Below are positions 25,493 to 34,400 of a stretch of DNA of 64,000 nt, one piece after another; positions within the stretch are counted from its first letter, which is position 1; the number at the start of each line of letters is the position of its first letter. The DNA lies in assembly GCA_009844425.1 (NCBI GenBank), contig VYBN01000001.1, forward strand, positions 28,985 through 92,984. The letters run 5' to 3'. The notes beneath the pieces are model-generated. The model saw nothing but the letters and a program-made list of their open reading frames with translations, ran no database searches and was not told where the DNA came from. A program made the translations under genes and the position numbers. Source of the DNA: Gammaproteobacteria bacterium (GTDB lineage: Bacteria; Pseudomonadota; Gammaproteobacteria; Steroidobacterales; Foliamicaceae).

Positions 25493-27028
25493 TTGAAATT
25501 CGAGATTCAGGAAGTACTGGACGCAGCGGGCGTCGAGCACCTGAACGCCGGAGCCTACTGCAGCGACGGAGGCTGGAGCGGAGCTCCGGTGGATGAAGCC
25601 TTCGATCACATCAATCCGGCCACCGGAAAGAGTACTGCAAGAGTTCTGCCGGCCACGGAAAGCGATTACGACCGAATAATTCGTTGTGCAATCGGGGCGC
25701 AGAAGAAATGGGCGATGGTCCCAGCCCCCGAACGAGGACAGCTCGTGTCGCGTATTGGAGAACTGGTTGCGCAGAATCACGAAACGCTGGGAAAAATCGT
25801 TGCCATCGATACGGGCAAGTCCGTCATGGAGGGCATGGCCGAGATCGGAGAAGTCATCGATATGGCCCGGCTCGCCGCCGGGCAATCCAGGATGCTCTAT
25901 GGCTTTACCCAGCAATCGCAGCGGCAACGGCATCGAATGTATGACCAATGGCTGCCGCTGGGCGTTGCGGGAATCATTTCGGCATACAACTTTCCTGCCG
26001 CCGTCTGGGCCCAGAATGGGTTTCTGTCGGCAATATGCGGCAACACCGTTATCTGGAAACCCAGCCCGAAGGTGCCTCTGACCGCGATCGCGCTGCAAAG
26101 GATTACGATACAGGCGATGGAAGACACGGGTCATTCCGGTGTCTTCTCGCTGTACCTGCCGGAATCCGATGCAAGTGCGCAGAGGCTGGTCGATGATGAG
26201 CGAGTGGCGCTTGTGTCTTTTACGGGATCCACGCAAGTGGGCGAAATGGTCGCCCAAACCATTGCCAGGTCGCTGGGACGCCGCTGTCTGCTCGAGTGTT
26301 CCGGAAACAATGCCTGCATAGTCGACGAAACGGCCGATCTGAAGCTTGCGGCCCGTTCGCTGGCGTTTGGGGTGGTAGGAACAAGCGGTCAGCGTTGCAC
26401 CAGTACCCGCCGTGTAATCGCCCAGAAGTCGGTCCAGGAGCGTTTGGTTGAACACATGGTCTCTGCATTCAGCCAGATCAAGGTCGGCGACCCGCGAGAG
26501 GAAGATGCGATCGTCGGACCGCTTATCGACATCCATGCCGTTCGTCACTTCGAGACCGCGATACAGGAAGCGGTCGAGCTGGGCGGCAGGATCGCTTGTG
26601 GAGGGTCGCGAATTGACCGCCCGGGCTTCTATGTCGAGTCAACGATCATTGCGGACTGCGAACCGCATTGGAATTGCCTGCAACGTGAGACATTCGCGCC
26701 CCTCGTCTATGTCCTTGGCTACGAGACCCTGGACGAGGCGATCCATATCCACAATGAGGTTGCTCAAGGTCTTGCCTCCGGAATACACAGCGAGAGCATG
26801 CGCAATATCGAGCACTTCCTGTCGGCCGCCGGCAGTGACTGCGGTATTGCGAAAGTAAACATGGGAACAACCGGCGCAGACGTTGGGGCCGCGTTTGGCG
26901 GCGAGAAGGAAACCGGAGGCGGGCGAACTGCCGGGTCGGATGCGTGGAAGGGTTACATGCGCCGGCAAAGCGTTTGCATCAACTGGAGCGGGACGACCCC
27001 CTGGGATTCAATCATCGACCTCGACTGA
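25493..27028 (+). CDS. NAD(P)-dependent aldehyde dehydrogenase
   Basis: In-frame TTG start after AAGGGG; the start is uncertain. Motifs FTGSTQVG, LECSGNNA (catalytic Cys) and GQRCTSTRR. About 511 aa. Confidence 0.85.
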   Translation: MKFEIQEVLDAAGVEHLNAGAYCSDGGWSGAPVDEAFDHINPATGKSTARVLPATESDYDRIIRCAIGAQKKWAMVPAPERGQLVSRIGELVAQNHETLGKIVAIDTGKSVMEGMAEIGEVIDMARLAAGQSRMLYGFTQQSQRQRHRMYDQWLPLGVAGIISAYNFPAAVWAQNGFLSAICGNTVIWKPSPKVPLTAIALQRITIQAMEDTGHSGVFSLYLPESDASAQRLVDDERVALVSFTGSTQVGEMVAQTIARSLGRRCLLECSGNNACIVDETADLKLAARSLAFGVVGTSGQRCTSTRRVIAQKSVQERLVEHMVSAFSQIKVGDPREEDAIVGPLIDIHAVRHFETAIQEAVELGGRIACGGSRIDRPGFYVESTIIADCEPHWNCLQRETFAPLVYVLGYETLDEAIHIHNEVAQGLASGIHSESMRNIEHFLSAAGSDCGIAKVNMGTTGADVGAAFGGEKETGGGRTAGSDAWKGYMRRQSVCINWSGTTPWDSIIDLD

Positions 27029-27166
27029 ATCGGGGAGCGCATACATCGCGATGCATATCCGCACCGCAAAACTCCGATTCATCGTGCGGTGTCAACCTCG
27101 TCTGCGAACCAGCTTATTCTGGAAATTGTGCATCTGACTTGGGAATATTCCAATATAATTCCCAAC

Positions 27167-28315
27167 ATGTATGGAAGACTTCTTGATACACCAAGCGGTT
27201 CAGTGTTTCTTTTCGGGCCCCGGGGCGTCGGCAAAACCACCCTTGTGAGGCAGAGGTTTCCTTCCGCCGCCACCTACGACCTGCTCGATTCTCATGAGGC
27301 GCTGCGGCTTGAACAGGCGCCGCAACGGCTTTATGACGAATGCAGCGCACTCGACAGAGGTTCGTGGGTGGTCATCGACGAGGTTCAGCGTGTCCCGGCG
27401 CTGCTGAACGAAGTCCATCGGCTCATCGAACAGCGCGGACTGTATTTCGTCCTTACCGGATCAAGCGCCAGAAAGCTCCGCCGCGGCGGGGTGAATCTCC
27501 TGGCCGGACGCGCGCTCACCAGGAATCTGTTTCCGCTGGTCTCGGCGGAACTCGCCGGCGACTTCGACGTGAACCAGGCGTTGCGATTCGGGAACCTGCC
27601 GAGCGTGATCGGCAACCGGGAGCGGATCGATTACCTGCAAAGCTACACCTCCACCTATCTTCTGCAGGAAATCCAGCAGGAAGCGTTCACGCGCAACTTG
27701 GGCGGCTTCGCGCGGTTCCTGGAGATCGCCGCCCGGCAGAACGGCCAGCGGACCAACATGCTGAACATCTCCCGGGACGCCGGAGTGAAGCGCAGCACCG
27801 TGAGCAACTACTTCGAGATACTGGTGGATACCCTGATCGGCTTCTGGCTGCCGGCCTGGGAATTCAAACCAAAGACGCGGCAGGTGATGGGAAGAAAGTT
27901 CTACTTCTTCGACTGCGGCGTTTGCCGGGCGCTGACCCGGCGCTTACCCTTCCCGCCGTCGCAGGAAGAACTGGGTCCGCTGCTGGAAACTCTCGTAATC
28001 AACGAGCTGCGGGCGTATCTGTCCTACGGGAATCTCTACTACCCTTTGCACTACTGGTGTTCGTACAACGGCGTGGAGGCGGATATCGTAATGGAAACGG
28101 CCCGGGGGTTCGTGGTTATCGAAATCAAGGCGGCAAGCCGATGGGAGAGAAAGTTCCAGCGTGGGCTAAAGACAGCGGCCGAACGCCTGGGCGGGAAAAA
28201 GACCCGGCGCTACGGCGTTTACCTTGGCGCGAGAGCACTGGTGCTGGATGACGTGCGAGTCTATCCGGTCCACGATTTTCTGGCAGAACTCTGGGCCGGC
28301 GGCCTGATCCGCTAA
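27167..28315 (+). CDS. AAA+ ATPase with DUF4143-type C-terminal domain
   Basis: Start trimmed to MYGRLLDTPSGSVFLFGPRGVGKTT (Walker A). VVIDEVQRVP (Walker B). The C-terminal region is of the AAA_14/DUF4143 type. Confidence 0.75.
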   Translation: MYGRLLDTPSGSVFLFGPRGVGKTTLVRQRFPSAATYDLLDSHEALRLEQAPQRLYDECSALDRGSWVVIDEVQRVPALLNEVHRLIEQRGLYFVLTGSSARKLRRGGVNLLAGRALTRNLFPLVSAELAGDFDVNQALRFGNLPSVIGNRERIDYLQSYTSTYLLQEIQQEAFTRNLGGFARFLEIAARQNGQRTNMLNISRDAGVKRSTVSNYFEILVDTLIGFWLPAWEFKPKTRQVMGRKFYFFDCGVCRALTRRLPFPPSQEELGPLLETLVINELRAYLSYGNLYYPLHYWCSYNGVEADIVMETARGFVVIEIKAASRWERKFQRGLKTAAERLGGKKTRRYGVYLGARALVLDDVRVYPVHDFLAELWAGGLIR

Positions 28316-28356
28316 GCCGAGGCTCCTGCGAGGATTCGATCAACCTGCGGCCCGCA
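28312..28356 (-). pseudogene. relic of a GST-like gene 3' end
   Basis: The reverse strand encodes ...GPQVDRILAGASA*, against GPQVDRILAGAG* at the end of the GST at 13038. The 31-nt core cctgcgaggattcgatcaacctgcggcccg differs at 3 positions, all in third codon positions. Confidence 0.5.
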
Positions 28357-28470
28357 AGCCTACGGAAAGTGCCACAGAAAAGATACCGCCCGGCGCTCTT
28401 GCGGCGCCGGGTAAGGGTGAAATGGTGCGGTAAGAGCGCACGGCGCGGCTCGCAACAGCTGCGGCAGGGT
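28357..28470 (+). pseudogene. rnpB: internal fragment of bacterial type-A RNase P RNA (P9/P10-P12 region)
   Basis: GCCTACGGAAAGTGCCACAGAAAAGATACCGCC...CCGGGTAAGGGTGAAATGGTGCGGTAAGAGCGCACGGCGCGGCTCGCAACAGCTGCGGCAGGGT matches my recollection of the E. coli and Pseudomonas M1 RNA. No CR-I or 3' half is contiguous with it. Confidence 0.65.
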
Positions 28471-28494
28471 CAGCCGGCGCCTTCCGCGCGCTTT

Positions 28495-31400
28495 TTACCA
28501 GCGTGCGGTGAGTTCGATTCCGATCATGTGTTCCGGCGGGGCGGCGGCGGTCTCCCTGCGGGCCGCCTTGAGGCCGAACGCCAGGTCCGCCGCGTGGGCG
28601 GTGTCCGGCGCCAGCCGCCAGCCGAGGGTGAAGTCGCGCGCCGCCGCCGCGAGGCCGAACCCTGCATGCGGGCTGCCGGTGAAGCGCCCGCCGAACGCCG
28701 GGAACCCCCAGGCCGCCTCCATTGCCCAGCGCGAGGCCGCCTCGCCGAAGCCGGCGCGCTCCTCCAGCGGGGCGGGAGCGAACAGCGCGTCGAGGCCGCC
28801 CTGGGCCCGTCCGCCCCAGTCCTGGCGCAGCGTCAGCGACGGTCCGCGCTTAGTCGCCGGAGCCGGGTCCCAGGCCAGCGAGGCCGCGAAGCCCCGGTCC
28901 TTGATGTCGTTGTTGCCGTGCGCGATCAGCGCGCGGCCCGACAGCTCAAGCGAGAGCCCGAGCGCCGGATCGACCCAAGCGATACCGCCGCCGAGTTCGA
29001 CTCCGAACCCGGTCTCGGCATCGCCCCCGTCGTGGCGCGCGCCGGCCTCCAGCTTGGGCGTGATGCTGCCGCCCCCGGCAAGCGCGATCCGGTAGCTGCC
29101 TTCCAGTCCCAATCGCAGCCGGCTCACGCCAGACGCCGACGGCGCCAGATCGTTCGTGCCGTCCGATGAGTCGCCCGCGTACAGCGCGTCGGAAGTGAGC
29201 GCCAGGGCCAGGCCGGACCCCGCCTTCGGCGGCGCGATCAGGTCGCCGCGCAGGCCCAGCGCCGCCATGGTCCAGCCGATGTCCGCCTTGTAGTTGCCGC
29301 CCATCTGCGGCGTGAGGGTGACCTCGCCGGCGCCGTAGCCGAGCGCGCCCCAGAGCTTCATCCGCTCCGAAGCCTGCAAGGCCGCATACGGAACCGCCGC
29401 CGTCAGCGATGCCTCCACCTTGCCGCCGCCTTCACGAACCGCGCCGCCGCAGAGCGCCCGTCTCGCCTCCGGGTCCACCGTGTCATCGCCGGCCTGGCAT
29501 ATCCGGGACGCGGGGCGGGGGCCGGCGCCGGTATCGGCATAGCCGCCCTCGCCAGCGCTCTGCATCAGCGCCAGCCCAACCAGCCAGTTGCCCCGCGCAT
29601 AGTCCGCGCCCAGCATCGTCGTGGCCGCATCGCCGTCGAGCGAGAACGTCCCCTCGCGCCCGTCGAAATTGCCCTGCGCCGCCCGGCCCCAGAGCGCCAG
29701 GCTGCCGCCGCGCGAGTCCGCCGCCCCCGTCGCCGTGAAGCTGCTGCCGAGCAGCGCCTCCTGCAACGTCATGGTGCGGGATCGGCCGCTGCCGCTGCCG
29801 AAAGCCTGCCCCGGACCCGATCCGAACCCGTGGGCATTGCCGAGCCCGCCGGCGCCGAAGCGGCCGCCAGGGCGGGAGAAGCCGGGGCCGAATCCACCGG
29901 CGCGGCCGCCGAAGCCGGCCATGCCGGACGGCCCGTTGCCCGCGAGGCCGATGCCGCCCGCGGCCATATTATCTTTCGCCGCGCCCGGCCCGCCGTCGCC
30001 GCCTGCCCCGGACTGCGATCCGGGATTCAGGCTGATCGCCTGCCCGGCGATGGCGCCCTGGGCCCCCGGCGCGCGCGGCGCCGCCATGCGCCCCGCGATG
30101 CCGTCCAGCGCCTGCTCCGCCACCGTGCGCCCGAAGCGCGCCAGCCACGCCGCCGGCATCGGGTCCGAGTTCACGATGGTCCCCACCGCAACCCCGTCCG
30201 CGATGCCCACCCCGGCGCTCGGGCGTGAAAGCGCCACCTCGAAGGTTTCCGGATCCTCGTTATGGCTGTCGTTATAGACATAGACCCAGAACCGCTTCTC
30301 GGTGTCATCCGGCCCGAAGTCGAGATGCCAAGCGGCCTTCAGATAGTCCACGCCCTCCTGCGCGGAGACCGGCGTCGAGTGGCGCGTGCGGTAGTGCACC
30401 GAGACCAGCTTGCCCGCCGCCTTCGAGAGCCGGACCGTGAACCACATGTACCCGTCTTTCTCGTTGACGGTTTCGTCGCCGATCGAGAACATCGGAAGCG
30501 CCGAGGCCGCGTCGTTGTCGGCCACCGCCACCGAGGCCGCATCGCCCGGCGGCGCGGCGACCGTGTAGCGCAGCCCGTCCTCGCCGTCCCCGGCAAGCGC
30601 CGCCGTCACCGTCCCGCCGGGCTCGTCCGCCGTGTCGTCCACCGTCGCCACCGTAAAGGCGGCCTCGGTCTGCCCCTTCGGTATCGTCACCGCGGCCGCG
30701 CCCTCATGGTCCGCCGCCACGAAGTCGCTGGCATCAGACTCCGAGACTGCGAGCCTGACCGCCAGGTCGGCGCCCGGCGCCCGGCTCGCCGTCACCGTGA
30801 ACGCCGCGCCGGCGCCTTCCGTGATGGAGGCCGTCTTGGCCGCGATGGACATCTCCGGCGGCGGCTCCAGGATGGCGAAGCGCACCGTGCCCGAGCCTTC
30901 GGCCCCGCCGCCGAGGCCGGTGGCGCTGATCGTGCCCAGCCCCACCGTTACCGTCTCGCTCCCGCCCTCCGCCGAACTGTCGGCCGCGGCCATGAGGGTC
31001 AGCGTCGCCGAGGCCGCAGACGGCCCCGTGAAGGTCAGCGCCGGCGGGCCCTTCGGGCCGGCGCCCGCAAGGTTGGCATACGTCACCCCCTGAGGCGCCG
31101 TCTCCGGCGCCGACAGGGCGTAGTCGCTCCCGAGCACCGCCGCGCCGCCGAAGAGCAGCGGGATGGACAGGCTCTCCCCTTGCACCAGCGTGCGCCCGAG
31201 CGCCACCGTGAGGGTCTTGCTTCCGCCCGCCTCGGGCACATCGCCCGCGGGCGCCGACAGCGCCACCGCCGTCGCGTCATCGTCTTCGACCGCCACCGTG
31301 GCGGACGCGCCGCCGTTCTCCCTGTCCACCGCGTAGCCGCCGCCCTTCGCCAGCGCCGCCGTCACCGCGCCCGACGGCTCGTCCGTATCGTCGGCGATCG

Positions 31401-34400
31401 TGGAGACCGTGAACGCAGCCTCCGTCTCGCCCGCCGGAATCGTGACCGTGCGCTCGCCGAGCGCCGCCGCCTCCAGCACCGCGCCGGCCTGCGCGATCTC
31501 CACCGTCACCGCGAGGTCCGCGGCCGGCGCAGCGCCCGCGCTCAGCGTGAACGGCGCCGCCGCGCCTTCCGTCACCGCAGCGCCGGCCGCGAGGCGCACC
31601 ACAGGAAGGGGAACCCCGTCGCCCTCGACCGGCGGCGAAGACGCCTCCAGGCATTCCAGCGCGTCGCCGAACCGCTGCCAGCCGCGCTGGCGCGCCGAGG
31701 CCGCCGTCATCGGCGTCACCTGACGGCCGTCCGCCGTCCACTGCGAAGGCGTCCGCTGCCCGAACGCCATCAGCACGCTGAACCAGTTCTCCGCATAATG
31801 CGGCGGCTTGCTGCGGTTGCTCTCGTAGAGCCGCTCCGCCGTCGCCATCAGCTCGTCCGAAACGCAGGCCGCAAGCGCGGCCTGCGTGGGACCCTGCAAC
31901 GCCGCGTCCTGGAGCGCGGCGGAATCGGACGGCGTAGACGCCAGCGCCAGCGTCGCCGTGCCCGCGAGCGCATCCAGCGCCTGCGTGTTGCCCTCGCCGT
32001 CCAAATGCTCCGGGATGACCTTGACCGTCAGCGTCGTCGCCGAGGGCGTGTTGTGGGCGATAGTGAACTCGGTCTCCGTCACCCCGTCCTGGACGCCTGA
32101 GGCCGCGTTGAGCCCGTCCGCCGCCTTCCACTCCACCCGGTAGCCCGTGGCCCCCGCCACCGCATCCCAGACCGCCTTCGCGCTCGACGCGTCCACGGCC
32201 GCCAGCTGCAGGTTCGACACCGGATCCGCCGGCGGCTCGGCGGCCTCAAGCGGCGCGTTCGACGTGCCCATATCCGGATCCGACCCCTTGCCGGTGATCA
32301 TGGGGCAGCGGTACTCCTGTCCGTTCGGCCCCCGGCGGCTCTGGCTGAACATATGGGCGCGGATGACGCCCAGCGACCAGTTGTGCGGCCCGGTCATGCC
32401 GCGCACCCCGCCGCCCGACGCCGTATGGGTGATGTCGGTGCAGCCCAGCACTCCGGTCTTGCCGGCCGCGAGGTCGTGCACATAGACCCGGCGCCAGCAC
32501 TGCCACGACGATTCCGGCGTGTTGTCGTAGTCCTCGCCGTCCCCGCCGAACCCGTTGTTGCAGTGCGGGGAGGGGTCGCGGTCCTTGAAGGTCAGCGTCA
32601 GCGAGGGCTGCGGCGGCCCATTGCGGGTCAGCGACAGACCGGCCAGGTTCGAATCCCCCACCGTCGCCGTCACCGTCACCGTGCCCCCCGTCTCCGGGCG
32701 GTTCGACAGCCGGATCACGTAGTCCAGCGGGCCGGCATGGATGTCCTGCCCCAGCGACAAGCCCGGCGTCGAGGTGACGGTCCGCGGGCGCTCCATCTTC
32801 CTGGCGGGGTCGAGCGCGCCGTGGTTCCACACCCAGCTCTCCCACGCCTCGACCTCGGGCGCATCGTCCACCTTCACCGCCACCGTGCGCGTGACACCGC
32901 TCCCGTTGTAGCGGCTGTCCGTCGAGGAGAACGCATGGCTCAGGGTCAGCGTTCGGTCGGCGTTGGCGCTCGACTGGTCCGAGCCGGTCACCGTCACAGT
33001 CACCGGCTCGTTCCAGTTGCCGCTCGAACCGCTGGTGAAGGTGTGCGACGACGGGCTTATCGTCGCCGCCCTGCTGTCCGTCCCGCCCTTCGTGATCGTC
33101 ATGGTCACGCTCGCGACCGGCTCCGCGTCCAGCACCACCGTGTAGCTCGCGCTGCCGGTCTCCAGCAGCCGCACCTCGCTTACCGAGAAGGTGACGCCGC
33201 CGCCCTCGTCGTCGAGCATGGCCAGGCTTGCCTGAAAGTTCGTCGCGTGCCGCGCCGCGCCACCGCTCACGGTGGTGCCCGACCCGCTCGCGCCGAGCAC
33301 GCTGTTGCTTGCCAGCCGCACGGTCACGGTCTCGTCCGCCGAGTCGCCGTCGTCGCGGTTCGCCACTGGCGCCAACGTCACCGTCGCCGCCTGCACCGTG
33401 TTCGTGTCGTGGCCGGTGAAGGTGAGCACCGGATTGGCCGTGTTCGCCTCGGTGAGCGCCACGCCCGTGCCCGACGCCGACACCGTGAAGTCGTGGTCGG
33501 GATTGCTGCCGCCGTCCATGCTCCCCGGCAGCCGCGCCCCGGTGGCGCTCGCCAGAACGAGCGGCGCCACCACGACCTCGCCCGCGCGCAGCTGCCGGCC
33601 CAGCGTCACCGTCAGCACCGCCGTGTTCGAGGCGTCGCCCTCGAACATGGAGAGGTCCGAACCCGTGAGCTCGACCGTGGTCGGGTCGTCGTCCGTCACC
33701 GTCACCGTCGCCGTGGACGCAGAGCCCACCTCGTAGTCCGTGCCGGTTGCGACCGTCAGCGTCACCGGGCCGTCCAGCTCGTCCGTGCTGTCGGCCCTGG
33801 TGGCGACCCTGTAGGTGGCCGATGACGCATCGGCCGGAATGGTCACAGTCTTCCCGCCCTCATTGCCGGCATCCACGAAATCGCTGCCTGAAGCGTCCGC
33901 AACTTCCAGCTGGACCGTCAACATCGAGGGCGGCGCCACATCCGCCGTCACCGTGAACTCCGCCGCCGCGCCTTCCGCCACCGGGGATGTGCCCGGTTGG
34001 ACCGTGATCCGCGGGGACGCCTCCGAACCGTTGAGCCGGAGCTTGAGGCTGGAAGGCAGCAGGTTAGCGTTCCAATCGTTGCTGATGCCGGAGTCGCTGC
34101 TGTTGAAGTTGGTTCGGTATAAATGCTCGTTGCCGATGGTCCAGCCAGCGGCGGCGCCCGAATCCTCGTTGTCCGACTCCGTGATCCGCCATTGGGCAAC
34201 CGGTTTTCCCGTATGCCCCGTGGCGTCAACGACCACGAAGTATTCCGTATTCGCCGCCAGGAGGATGCCGCCTGTGGCTGCCGAAAACGTCAATACCATG
34301 TCCTGCGAAAACGCACTGAATGCGGGTTTCGTCAGCGTGCCCAGAACCGCCCCCGGCTGGCCTCCTGAACTGCTACGGACGGTGACCGAAAATTCGATGC

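Noticed and set aside
28313-28335. TAAGCCGAGGCTCC resembles the RNase P CR-I motif GAAAGUCCGGGCUCC, which would extend the rnpB fragment 5'-wards.
   Set aside because: The same bases are better explained as the GST-tail relic. They have protein-level identity and only third-position differences from 13038-13078. The P5-P8 region that should follow CR-I does not match.
28395-28470. First impression of a cobalamin-riboswitch-like GC-rich structured leader downstream of the ATPase.
   Set aside because: The sequence aligns much better to the RNase P RNA P10-P12 region (GGGTAAGGGTGAAA.GGTGCGGTAAGAGCGCAC). No B12-box was seen.
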